The translations under genes were made by a program, and so were the position numbers. A model generated the notes under the pieces. It made no database searches and was not told the DNA's origin. It saw only the letters and a list, made by a program, of their open reading frames with translations. From a virus, in the IMG/VR virus record IMGVR_UViG_3300025634_000002, positions 6,973-70,972 of that record: a DNA stretch of 64,000 nucleotides. One strand, written 5' to 3'. Below are positions 9,269 through 18,195 of the stretch, one piece after another. Every line of letters starts with the position of its first letter. Position 1 is the stretch's first letter.

Positions 9269-10066
9269 ATGCCCAGGATGGACTACGATGCACGGCAGGC
9301 CGCTCGGCAGGAGCGGCTTGAGGCTAGGGCCGACAAGTTGACCAAGGCCAGCGCCGCCGCCTTCAAGAAGGGCGACGACATGTTTTCGATCATCCCGTTC
9401 GGCCAGCCTATTCTGGTCGGACACTACAGCGAGGGCCGGGACCGGCGCTATCGGGCGCGGGCCGCAGGCCAATTGGACAAGGGCGTGATGCTCGCCAAGG
9501 AGGCAGGCAACGCAGCAGCAGCCGCGGCGTCGATCGGCACCGGCGGCGTGAGCTCGGACGATCCGAACGGGATCGAGAAACTGACCGAGAAGCTTGCCGG
9601 GCTCGAGGCCAAGCAGGCGAAGATGCAGGACGCCAACAAGGCAGTCCGTAAGGGCGACCGGGCCGCCCTGATCGCGCTCGGCTTCACCGCAGCCAACGCC
9701 GAGCAGGTCTGCACGGTGCCGGTATGGGGCACAAAGCTTTGCGCCTTCGAGCCCTACCAGTTGCAGAACAACGGCGCCACGATCCGGGCGACCAAGGCGC
9801 GGATCGAGCAGTTGAAGGCCGCGGCCACGGTCGAGACCAAGACGATCGAGACGAACCTCGGATTCGAGGTCATCGAGAACGCCGAGGCAAACCGGGTGCA
9901 GATCATCTTCCCGGGCAAGCCCGACGAGGCCACCCGGACGATCCTCAAGGGCGCCGGCTTCCGCTGGTCGCCGAGCGAGGGCGCCTGGCAGCGGTTGCTG
10001 AACAACGGAGCTCGGTGGGCAGCGCAGCGGGTTATCGCCGAACTGACACCGAAAGAAGCCGTCTAG
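9269..10066 (+). CDS. DUF3560 domain protein
   Basis: IPFGQPILVGHYSEGRDRRYR, SSDDP, NRVQIIFPGKPD, LKGAGFRWSPSEGAWQR. Confidence 0.85.
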   Translation: MPRMDYDARQAARQERLEARADKLTKASAAAFKKGDDMFSIIPFGQPILVGHYSEGRDRRYRARAAGQLDKGVMLAKEAGNAAAAAASIGTGGVSSDDPNGIEKLTEKLAGLEAKQAKMQDANKAVRKGDRAALIALGFTAANAEQVCTVPVWGTKLCAFEPYQLQNNGATIRATKARIEQLKAAATVETKTIETNLGFEVIENAEANRVQIIFPGKPDEATRTILKGAGFRWSPSEGAWQRLLNNGARWAAQRVIAELTPKEAV

Positions 10067-10083
10067 CTCACTTTATTTCATCG

Positions 10084-10117
10084 GACATATTGTCAATACC
10101 GGCAATATGTCCTACAT
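10084..10117 (+). promoter_or_regulatory. early promoter P3 with two operators
   Basis: TTGTCA 10090-10095, CTACAT 10112-10117; GACATATTGTC and GGCAATATGTC. Confidence 0.7.
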
Positions 10118-10143
10118 CTGGATAGTCAGAACGGAGGACTCAG

Positions 10144-10398
10144 ATGGGCAAGGAATACGTCATCAAGAAGCTGGTCGCGGGCACGAAGCTCCCGACCTTT
10201 CAGACCCTCGGCACGGTTAAGGGACCGTTCCAGTTCCCGCGCTCGAGCGCTGCGCTGGCGTTCCTGATCGATCAGGTCAACGCCCGCAAGGCCATCGGTA
10301 TCTATCCGATGCCCGACGAGGACAACCCCGGCTGTATCGATGTCATGGTCGACTTCGGCGGACCGGTCGAGCAATACGCAATCGAAGGGAGGACGTGA
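10144..10398 (+). CDS. early hypothetical protein
   Basis: RBS GGAGG after P3. Confidence 0.65.
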   Translation: MGKEYVIKKLVAGTKLPTFQTLGTVKGPFQFPRSSAALAFLIDQVNARKAIGIYPMPDEDNPGCIDVMVDFGGPVEQYAIEGRT

Positions 10399-10625
10399 TG
10401 CAGATTTACGTGATCCAGAGCGGCACGATCGGCGATCCAACGAGCCCGATCCCGGCATGGTGGACCGGCAGCGGATGGTCGGCGGAGCGGCCCAACGCGA
10501 TGGAGTTTCCGTCCTACATGTCGGCTGACGTGCAGTTGAAGATGCTGTTTCGGTCGCCGACCAGCAACAAGAATTTCGTCCATATGGCCGAGATCATCGA
10601 GGAAGAGAAGGAGACCATAGCTTGA
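10395..10625 (+). CDS. early hypothetical protein
   Basis: Overlapping start/stop, RBS GGAGG. Confidence 0.55.
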   Translation: MMQIYVIQSGTIGDPTSPIPAWWTGSGWSAERPNAMEFPSYMSADVQLKMLFRSPTSNKNFVHMAEIIEEEKETIA

Positions 10626-10861
10626 AGATCGAACCGCTCAGCCAGATCACCGTGACCGCCGATATTTCGCGGCCTGTGCTCCACATGACGTGGGCCGATT
10701 TCGGCTTCACGATCGGCGCCAAGGACCCCGTGCTCGCCGAAATCAAGGCCGCGCTCGAGAAGGGCGACACCTACACCATGCCCATCCAAACGACGTCCGT
10801 CTTGATCGCCGCGAACGGCAAGGTCTCAAAATATCACGGCGATTGGAGCAAGTCGAAATGA
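10622..10861 (+). CDS. early hypothetical protein
   Basis: TTG start overlapping the previous stop, RBS AAGGAG. Confidence 0.55.
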   Translation: MKIEPLSQITVTADISRPVLHMTWADFGFTIGAKDPVLAEIKAALEKGDTYTMPIQTTSVLIAANGKVSKYHGDWSKSK

Positions 10862-11094
10862 CCAAACCAAAACCGATGTCAGCGGCAGAATTCGCCAAGT
10901 CGCTGGCGACCCTAGAACTCACCCAGCGAGCAGCAGGGCCGCTCCTAGGGGTCGACGAGCGCACCATCGCCCGATGGTTCCACGGTCACATCCAGGTCCC
11001 GCTCAGCGTGACCTACCTGCTCCGCGTGATCATCAGTTCCGGCACGACGTTCGAGGCCGTCACGAAGATTCCTTCGTATCCGCCTCGGGCTTGA
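10858..11094 (+). CDS. small XRE/Cro-like HTH regulator
   Basis: MSAAEF...LELTQRAAGPLLGVDERTIARW..G..QVP; last gene of the island. Confidence 0.8.
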   Translation: MTKPKPMSAAEFAKSLATLELTQRAAGPLLGVDERTIARWFHGHIQVPLSVTYLLRVIISSGTTFEAVTKIPSYPPRA

Positions 11095-11257
11095 TCTTGC
11101 CGGCTTCAGCTTTGGTCCGGGCAACGAATTCCGCCCGGGCCTTTTTTGCGTCTGGCGACGTCATGGCGTCGAACTTGTCAGGGTCCGGCGCTCCAGTGTC
11201 GTTCTCGAAGGCGTCGTCAGGGATCGGACTACCGTCCTTGAATTTATACCCGTTCAT
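11060..11257 (-). CDS. small protein downstream of portal-zeta fusion (candidate immunity protein)
   Basis: MNGYKFKDGSPIPDDAF..., start overlaps the end of the portal gene. Confidence 0.5.
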   Translation of the reverse strand: MNGYKFKDGSPIPDDAFENDTGAPDPDKFDAMTSPDAKKARAEFVARTKAEAGKIKPEADTKESS

Positions 11258-13814
11258 CGTTCTCACCGGCCACGCGGCGTGGCTTGTCGCCGGAGTTGTT
11301 ATCGTAGACCGCCCATCGTTTGCAAATGGGAATGATCGCGTCGAAGTTCTTTTCGTTGTCGACGTTGCCCATGATCACCTCAGGCGGAACGAACCGACCC
11401 TTTTCGCCGCCGCGGACAAACCTGCCCATGGCGCGCTCGGTGGCCGTCTCCGGAGAGGCGTACATGTAGAAGGCGTGGATGTCGTGACCAGCCGTCTCGA
11501 ACTGAGCAATTCTGCCGGCGGCGCTCTTAGAGCTCTTCAGCGTCGCGTCGAACACCACGTGGATGCCGAACGCGATCGCCATCTGAGCGGCTTGCTGGAC
11601 GAGGTAGTCGGACTCCTCATGCAGCTGGGCCGCGTTCCAGCCCTCATACTCGGGCAGTTGCGACTTGAAGTAGTCCGCGTCGATAACCAGCGTCTTGCTG
11701 GCGTCGATCGGGCCATCCTTGCCGGTCAGCCAACTCTTTCCCGAACCACCGCGGCCTCCGAGGATCGTCATCGAAGGCTTCTCACCGGGCGCCGGTGTTG
11801 CTCGAGCGACGGACTCCGCCGTGAACAGGCCGGCAAGCACTCGATCGTGGATCTTGGCCCGCTCTGGCGACCAGGCGCCGTCTTCCTGCATGTGGCCGCC
11901 TTCGCTTACCGAAGCATCGGTCGGAACGACCTTGTCCAAGCGTGCTCGAGCAGCTGCGATCTTTTCGGTTGCGCCGGCCTTGGCGGCGATCTGGGCCGCC
12001 TTGGTGTCCCGTTCCGCGGTCGTCATCGGCTTGGGCTGATGCGTCTCGTAGAGGCTCGAGGCTGGCCGCTGAGCAGCGACTGCCGCAGCCGCCTTGGCTG
12101 CCGAAGCTTGGCGCTCCGACTTTCCCGATTTCTCGGTCTCAGCTTTCTCCTTGCCGGCGCCTTCGGACTTGGCCGGGTTGCCGGCACCCTCACCAAACTT
12201 CCCGTCATCGCGACGCGGATGCTTGCTTTCGGTCCAGTCTGCGTCTTGGGCTTTGCCGCCGCTGACCTCGGTCGCAACTACTTCTGGTTTGCCGCCCGAT
12301 GGCTCCAAGCCGCCCTCGGTTTCTTCCTCGAGGAGGTCCGGCAGGTCGTCGACGTCAAGCCCTGCATACGGCGTGTCGGGATCACCAGCAACGCGCTTGC
12401 GGATTTCCTCAGGCGCCAGCACGCCGGTGTCGACGTGGATCTGATCGGTCTCGGCGTCGGTCTTCCTGACCTCGGCCGCGTCCTTTTCGCTCAGGGCCCA
12501 CAGCGGCTCGAACTTGAAGCCGATCTGGTCGTCGGTCTCGCCCCACAGCGAATACATGACGTAGCCGAGCAGCCGGTGGATTTTGTCCCGGTACTGATGC
12601 TCCTGGCACGACGCGATGTAGTCGTAGAACGACCGCATCACGCCTTCGGAATCGGCGTTCAAACCGGCCGGCTGAATCCCGAGCAGTTTCACCGTCGGGA
12701 TATGGCTGACCGAGGCCATGTGCTCTTGCGACTGCGCGACGAGTTCGGCAACGCCAGCGATCGGCGCCGAGACGTTCTCGAATTCCTCGGAATTCTTGTC
12801 GACGATCATCAGGCCCGAATTTGCACGGGTCAGGTTGAACAGTTCGGCGCGCTTGAACAGCTGCTGGCCGTCGCCCTGGATCGAGGTGGCGAGGTTGGAC
12901 TTCAATACCCAGGTCGTGAACGCATTGAGCAGGTCGCTCGCGCTCTGCCGATTCCGCAGCCAGTTGTCGACGTAGGGCTTCGCCATCTGCGACAGCGAGA
13001 GGCCGCCGAACGAATAGGTCGGCTTCAGAAGGTCCGGAACTTCCCGGGCAATGAAGGTGATCAGCCGCGAGGCGTGGACGATATTTTGCTGCGCATACCA
13101 CTGTTGTGGATTGTACCAGTCGTCCTTCAGTGGATTGTTCGAATTGTAGCTGGTCGGGTAGCACCAGACCGCTTCAACCGTCTTCAGCGACACGATCGGC
13201 TTTTTCGAGAACTTGGCCTTGCTGAGATCGTCCCAGCCGCCACCGATCGGCTTGTCGAGCTCCTTCGGGTCGTCGGTGTCGCCGGTGTCGATGTAGATGT
13301 GACCGCGGCCGAAAAACCCGTCCTGCTGGGTGGCACGAGCAAACATGTTGCGGACGTGCAGGCGCTCGAATTCGGCTTCGAGTTCCTTGATCCGGTCGGT
13401 CTTGTCGTCCTCGGTGTCCTTGGACGTGAAGCTGATCCACTTCCGGGTCATCTCCGTCGCAATCGTTTCGGAGATGATGCGGTATTCTGGACGCTGGGCG
13501 AGTTCCGACAGATAGGCGTAGCCGAGGAAGGTGACCCCCTCGGTAAAGAACGAGCCGATGATCGCCTGCGAGGCCCAGGACTGCGCCTGGATGATCCCGT
13601 CATCCATCGCCATGCCGGACTTGCCGGAGGCGGTCTTAGCCGGCCCTACGCCCGGCGGATGGGTCGGCAGGGTGAAGACCTGCGTCTTTTCCTGCTGGCG
13701 GCGCATCGTCGAGATGGCGACGTCACCGACGACCATGCCGTGATCGGTCTGCTTGAGCGTGAGCTCTTTAACCGGCGCAGGCTGGCGAGCCCAGAGCCTG
13801 CGGAACCAGTTCAT
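11244..13814 (-). CDS. portal protein (DUF1073 type) with C-terminal zeta-toxin-like P-loop kinase
   Basis: Portal motifs FLGYAYLSELAQRPEYR, VHASRL, LLKPTYSFGG.S, IP.VKLLGI.P.GLNA; C-terminal ILGGRGGSGKS, VIDADYFK, HEES, VVFDATL, GRFVP. Confidence 0.88.
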   Translation of the reverse strand: MNWFRRLWARQPAPVKELTLKQTDHGMVVGDVAISTMRRQQEKTQVFTLPTHPPGVGPAKTASGKSGMAMDDGIIQAQSWASQAIIGSFFTEGVTFLGYAYLSELAQRPEYRIISETIATEMTRKWISFTSKDTEDDKTDRIKELEAEFERLHVRNMFARATQQDGFFGRGHIYIDTGDTDDPKELDKPIGGGWDDLSKAKFSKKPIVSLKTVEAVWCYPTSYNSNNPLKDDWYNPQQWYAQQNIVHASRLITFIAREVPDLLKPTYSFGGLSLSQMAKPYVDNWLRNRQSASDLLNAFTTWVLKSNLATSIQGDGQQLFKRAELFNLTRANSGLMIVDKNSEEFENVSAPIAGVAELVAQSQEHMASVSHIPTVKLLGIQPAGLNADSEGVMRSFYDYIASCQEHQYRDKIHRLLGYVMYSLWGETDDQIGFKFEPLWALSEKDAAEVRKTDAETDQIHVDTGVLAPEEIRKRVAGDPDTPYAGLDVDDLPDLLEEETEGGLEPSGGKPEVVATEVSGGKAQDADWTESKHPRRDDGKFGEGAGNPAKSEGAGKEKAETEKSGKSERQASAAKAAAAVAAQRPASSLYETHQPKPMTTAERDTKAAQIAAKAGATEKIAAARARLDKVVPTDASVSEGGHMQEDGAWSPERAKIHDRVLAGLFTAESVARATPAPGEKPSMTILGGRGGSGKSWLTGKDGPIDASKTLVIDADYFKSQLPEYEGWNAAQLHEESDYLVQQAAQMAIAFGIHVVFDATLKSSKSAAGRIAQFETAGHDIHAFYMYASPETATERAMGRFVRGGEKGRFVPPEVIMGNVDNEKNFDAIIPICKRWAVYDNNSGDKPRRVAGENDERV

Positions 13815-15473
13815 CTAGTGCCTTCTCCCAGCGCCAGCGCGCAGGCTGCGCAGCAACTCGTCGGAAATCTCCATCGGCGGGTTCACCGCCTCATATTCGG
13901 TCAACACCAGCGCGTCGGCATAATCCGGACTCTGGATGCCGCGGGCGGCCAGTGCGGCCTTTTTCTCGATCACGATCTTGCCGCGCTCGTCCTTGCCCCA
14001 CTTGACCAGAGAGAGCTGCAGGCAAAGCGTGTCGCTTTCCGGATCACCGCTGGGCAGTGCCAGGAGGTCCGTCAGGTCGGCGCTATGATCTTGGCCGCCC
14101 TTCCTCTGCTCGAGGAACAGGACATGCTCATGCGAACGCTGTGCTGCGGTGCGCACCATCCACCAAAGCTCGGCCTTCAGATTGCCGAACATCTCTTCCG
14201 AGGTTCGACCGTCTGGCCAGATGTTCTGCGTCGGCGGCAGGCCGGTGTTGACTGCCAACACCAGCAATCCCTTGGTCGGATTGTGCATCAGGGTCGACGA
14301 CACACCGAAGCCAACACCAGGCGCATCGAAGTTCAGTTGGCTCGCGCCGTTTTTCTTGGCGACCTCGATGCCCCAGTGGGCAGTTTCGGTCGTATCCGGA
14401 TCGGTTCGCGACTCCGGCGGCTTGACCACCGGACCCTTGCGAGGCACCGCGACGGACTTCGCCTTACCCGCTCCGACGTCCAGCCCGATAACCGCGGAGT
14501 TGGATGCCTTGAGCCTCGGTTCCAGCGCCAGAAGTCGTTTGCAGCTTTCGACCCAAAGGGCCGGAACGCAGATCCCGGTGACACTTGCCGAGTAGTCGAT
14601 GTCGTATTCGGAGGCCCAGGTCGTCGGGTCCGAAAAGCTCGCCTCTTTGGCCTTGGCCCATTCCTCGGTCTTTCGAGGATCGTCACGCCAGTGCAGGCGG
14701 AAAATCTGGTGACCCTTAAGGATCGAGTGACGCTTACGGGCAAACAGATTGCCCATGCCATTCACCGACGAGACCCAGATCACGCAGTCCGTATTGGCGG
14801 ACAGCGATTTCTCGATCCGCTCGGCGTGCTCGATGTGCGCCGCTTCGTCGATGAAGATGACCGTCGATCGACCAGACCGGCCGATTTCCTCGCCGCTGTC
14901 GCCCGTAATGGACGCCCCGGAGTCGGGGTTCAGCAGCTTCATCGATCGCGAGTGACGCGAAAATTCAAATCCGGGTGGCAGCATCTCCGGAGGCAGCCGG
15001 CGCATCATGGCGCGCAGCTTCTCAAAGAGGCTGTCCATGTTGCCGACTTCATCGACATTCCGCTCGAGGTTAGACCCGAACGTCGCCTTGAAGCCTGGAC
15101 TATAGCGCCACTTCCATAGCGCTACCGCAAGGCAGAGATACGAGGCGCCGACATCGCGGCTCTTCTCGATCAGGCCTTCATCGTTCCGGTCGATCTGGCC
15201 GATCAGCCATTTGACGCAGTCGACCTGCTTGGGCCACAGCTTGAAGGGTAGATACCGCGGCGACCCATCGGACGGGCGCGGATCGTAAATCCACAGATAG
15301 GTCTGAATCCAGTAGAGGCAGCCGTCAACACCAGCCGCGCATTTTTCGTTTTCGGCTTTCCAGCTACCCTGGCTGGCCTCAATCCGTCGCTTCTGCCGTT
15401 GCGCCGCTAGTGCTTCCGACCAGCCCGAGCTTTTCGAGAATTGGAATGGCCGCGTCGAGAGCAGCGAGTTCAT
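13815..15473 (-). CDS. terL: terminase large subunit
   Basis: IEKSRDVGASY (Walker A-like), IFIDEAAH (Walker B), VSSVNG, GLDVG, SPDYADA. Confidence 0.9.
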   Translation of the reverse strand: MNSLLSTRPFQFSKSSGWSEALAAQRQKRRIEASQGSWKAENEKCAAGVDGCLYWIQTYLWIYDPRPSDGSPRYLPFKLWPKQVDCVKWLIGQIDRNDEGLIEKSRDVGASYLCLAVALWKWRYSPGFKATFGSNLERNVDEVGNMDSLFEKLRAMMRRLPPEMLPPGFEFSRHSRSMKLLNPDSGASITGDSGEEIGRSGRSTVIFIDEAAHIEHAERIEKSLSANTDCVIWVSSVNGMGNLFARKRHSILKGHQIFRLHWRDDPRKTEEWAKAKEASFSDPTTWASEYDIDYSASVTGICVPALWVESCKRLLALEPRLKASNSAVIGLDVGAGKAKSVAVPRKGPVVKPPESRTDPDTTETAHWGIEVAKKNGASQLNFDAPGVGFGVSSTLMHNPTKGLLVLAVNTGLPPTQNIWPDGRTSEEMFGNLKAELWWMVRTAAQRSHEHVLFLEQRKGGQDHSADLTDLLALPSGDPESDTLCLQLSLVKWGKDERGKIVIEKKAALAARGIQSPDYADALVLTEYEAVNPPMEISDELLRSLRAGAGRRH

Positions 15474-15858
15474 CTTCGGTCAGTCCGTCAAAGTCGTTGC
15501 TTGTGAGTAGCACGACCTGAACGGCACCGGAATGCTTATGCTGGTCGACGATCATGCCGAGCAGCTTAGCCTTGCCCATGGTCCCCTGGATCATGGCGTT
15601 GGACTGCTTTTCGCCTTTGGCAACACCGCGGGCTTCGTCGAGCTCCGCCACCAAGCTATCGATCGTGATCTCGGCCTTCTTGGCGCTTTTGGCCTGAAGT
15701 TCGGCGATCCGATCTAGAATGCTTTGGTTTGTTTTAAGCGTCGATGCGTTGCCGCGGTTCGGCTTATAGCCGGCCGTGACATAAGCCTCGTCGGCCGTTT
15801 TACCCTTGGCGAGCTCCTGAGCGAAACGCTCATGCCTAGCGTTTGGCAGGGCTGTCAC
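15379..15858 (-). CDS. terS: terminase small subunit
   Basis: L.NARHERFAQELAKG..A.EAY..AGY, I..RIAEL, KAKLLGM; directly upstream of terL. Confidence 0.85.
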   Translation of the reverse strand: MTALPNARHERFAQELAKGKTADEAYVTAGYKPNRGNASTLKTNQSILDRIAELQAKSAKKAEITIDSLVAELDEARGVAKGEKQSNAMIQGTMGKAKLLGMIVDQHKHSGAVQVVLLTSNDFDGLTEDELAALDAAIPILEKLGLVGSTSGATAEATD

Positions 15859-16397
15859 GGGACAGTCCCTTTGAGGATCGCACGAAACTGCTCGCGACCG
15901 ATGTCGCAATACATCTTCTTGATGATCGCCAATATGTCGTCAGTCAGGTCGATACCGTGAAATTCAAGACCGCCATGCGACAACAGCAGGGCGATGGAGC
16001 GCCGAAGACTTGGAGCAAGCCGCTCAACCATCTTAGTCGTCCAAGGCCGATAGACCAGTAGCCTTGTAGGCCGCAGGAATTCCTCGACCTCACGAACGGT
16101 CATGACCCCGCCGCGTTGCACATTGGTCAGGTTCTTTAACCCGATATGCTCGATCCTGCGTCGCTCAGCGTCGTACGCTGCAGCTTCGTCGGCAAATCTC
16201 TCGACGATCCGGTAGCTTACGCGAGCCCCCGCAGCGACAATGTCACGAATACGCTGACACTTCCTGCTGTAAAAGCCGCGTTCCGCCTCTCGCTCATGAT
16301 CGTACATCCGTCGCCGCTGGCCTTTGCCGACGTAAAACACGTCGCCAGTGCGAGGGTCGATCAGTTCATAGACGTAGAATTTCATCCCGTCGCTCAT
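15855..16397 (-). CDS. GIY-YIG nuclease
   Basis: FYVYELIDPRTGDVFYVGKG...R...H...LTN. Confidence 0.85.
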   Translation of the reverse strand: MSDGMKFYVYELIDPRTGDVFYVGKGQRRRMYDHEREAERGFYSRKCQRIRDIVAAGARVSYRIVERFADEAAAYDAERRRIEHIGLKNLTNVQRGGVMTVREVEEFLRPTRLLVYRPWTTKMVERLAPSLRRSIALLLSHGGLEFHGIDLTDDILAIIKKMYCDIGREQFRAILKGTVP

Positions 16398-16470
16398 CGG
16401 TTACCTTTTGGGGTCACCGGACGAAATTCGTAACCTACATGGGATAGGTCGGGATTTGGGGGTATTCGGC

Positions 16471-16746
16471 TCATTTGGTCAACGGGACTGACGGGTAGCG
16501 GGATGGAATTGGGTTTTTGACGGATTTGTGTCGAGTTCTCTTTACCCGTGGATAGAGCATGGCTCTGCGAGCAGTTTGAATTATCCCGATGAGCCTCAAC
16601 CAAGTGCGGACGAGGCTTGACGGATGATCGAACACGTAAAAGCCGCCGGGAATACCGGTCGACGTCCTCACCACCAAACGCGTTCCAGCCGGAACATCAC
16701 CATCCGGGAACCAAGTCACATGCGTATAGCGGACGTCGATCGTCAT
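16471..16746 (-). CDS. hypothetical protein
   Basis: MTIDVRYTH start overlaps the previous stop; 3' part doubtful. Confidence 0.35.
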   Translation of the reverse strand: MTIDVRYTHVTWFPDGDVPAGTRLVVRTSTGIPGGFYVFDHPSSLVRTWLRLIGIIQTARRAMLYPRVKRTRHKSVKNPIPSRYPSVPLTK

Positions 16747-17045
16747 CCGACTCTCCCGTCGCTGAGCAGCGCAACCTGCTGACCCGCCATGACGTCGAGT
16801 CCAGCGGCCATCACGACGATACCGCCCTGTGCCCACTCGCCTGAGAAGAGAGCCACGCGCACGGGGGCGCCAGACGAGACGCTTTCTAGCGCGGTTCCGA
16901 AGAAGAAACCGTCGGGGATATATTTGGCCACTGGGCTGGTCTTGCGACGAATGACGGCCAGCTTCATCAGGCTATCGGCGCGCACGATTGCAGGCGCAGC
17001 GAGGACTGCCGCAGCCCCAAGGATAAATCCCCGACGTCCGATCAT
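16743..17045 (-). CDS. protein with twin-arginine-like N-terminus
   Basis: MIGRRGFILGAAAVLAAPAIVRA. Confidence 0.65.
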   Translation of the reverse strand: MIGRRGFILGAAAVLAAPAIVRADSLMKLAVIRRKTSPVAKYIPDGFFFGTALESVSSGAPVRVALFSGEWAQGGIVVMAAGLDVMAGQQVALLSDGRVG

Positions 17046-17386
17046 CCGACGGCGACCACGACCATGGTCTTGATCTTGGTCGGGTCGGCTTTACCGCCGA
17101 GCCAGTTCGGAGCGATGCGCTGCCACCAGGTGCGGCCGTCGAACGGGGATTCGGCGAGCGTGATGCGGTCACCGATCTTGAGGCTCTGAGCAACCCTCAC
17201 CTCGAGCGCGCGGATGCGGGACTCCTGGTTTCCGAGCTCGACGACGGGGCCCGGTGCCTTGACGGGGCCCGGCACGACCACGTCGTTCACGTTCACATTG
17301 TCGAGCAATATCATCGGTCGGCCGGCGTTATGAGCGCCGACTAGCGACCCCGGGAAAATCTTCAGCATGTTCATCAAAACCTCCAT
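17042..17386 (-). CDS. hypothetical protein
   Basis: Coupled ORF in operon. Confidence 0.55.
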   Translation of the reverse strand: MEVLMNMLKIFPGSLVGAHNAGRPMILLDNVNVNDVVVPGPVKAPGPVVELGNQESRIRALEVRVAQSLKIGDRITLAESPFDGRTWWQRIAPNWLGGKADPTKIKTMVVVAVG

Positions 17387-17389
17387 AGT

Positions 17390-17695
17390 TCATTGCGTCT
17401 TCGCCGCATCGGTGAGAATTTCTCCGGTCTTTCGCAAGCACGCGGCGAGATGATTGAGCGCATCGAGGTCCAACCGGGGAGTCGCACCACCGTGCTCCGC
17501 CGAAAACACCGCGATAGCGTCAAGATCATCAGCGACATCGTCGTACGTCGCCATGCCACAGCCTTGAAGAACGGACCGCTGGACATCCGTAAGACCGCTC
17601 GGGGGCGGGGCGGCACTTGTAGTTACACCATTGCACGGCGCCACCGACAGACAGGCCGCAAGAACCACCTGAGCAAGAAGAATAGCTGCTGCCAT
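17390..17695 (-). CDS. hypothetical protein with hydrophobic N-terminus
   Basis: MAAAILLAQVVLAACLSV; coupled ORF. Confidence 0.5.
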   Translation of the reverse strand: MAAAILLAQVVLAACLSVAPCNGVTTSAAPPPSGLTDVQRSVLQGCGMATYDDVADDLDAIAVFSAEHGGATPRLDLDALNHLAACLRKTGEILTDAAKTQ

Positions 17696-18195
17696 CAGAA
17701 AACCTCCACCTCGAGCATATTTAGCCGATGCGCGATCATGCCGGCGGCGCGGTCACGGTGCCGTTTGAAGGTGGCGAGCGCGATCCGCTTGCGCTTGCAG
17801 AGATCGGTCGTCGACATGCCCTTGAGCTCGGCGCCTATCCACATAGACAAGCGGTCACGGAGTTCCGGCGCCGCGTCGAGCGGGCCACCCAGCCAACCCG
17901 GCTGATGCTTCCCCTCGAGGTCCCAGCCGGACACCACCATTTCCATGCGGGTGACGGAAATTCGGGTTCGATAAGGGGAGACGTTGGTCATCTCGGGGGG
18001 ATAGTCGCCGGGCTCGGCATACTGGGGCCAGAAGGCCCTGAGACTTCCCGGGCCCACCTTGCCGCCGATCCGGTTGAGCATCCGGAAAGCGTCGACCATC
18101 GCTTCCTTGACCAGCTTGACCGTCCAGAGGTCTTGCGTCCCCTTGGCGTATTCGGGGACCTCCATCTGGAGGATGTGAAGAGCGGAGGCCTTCAT
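17695..18195 (-). CDS. putative late-gene activator/antiterminator
   Basis: WT...V...M..AF..L, AFWPQY and C-terminal HTH-like segment; Q-like position before the packaging genes. Confidence 0.5.
   Translation of the reverse strand: MKASALHILQMEVPEYAKGTQDLWTVKLVKEAMVDAFRMLNRIGGKVGPGSLRAFWPQYAEPGDYPPEMTNVSPYRTRISVTRMEMVVSGWDLEGKHQPGWLGGPLDAAPELRDRLSMWIGAELKGMSTTDLCKRKRIALATFKRHRDRAAGMIAHRLNMLEVEVF

Noticed and set aside
10974-15119. 1381-aa plus-strand ORF
   Set aside because: Antisense shadow of portal and terL caused by high-GC codon bias; no recognisable motifs or RBS
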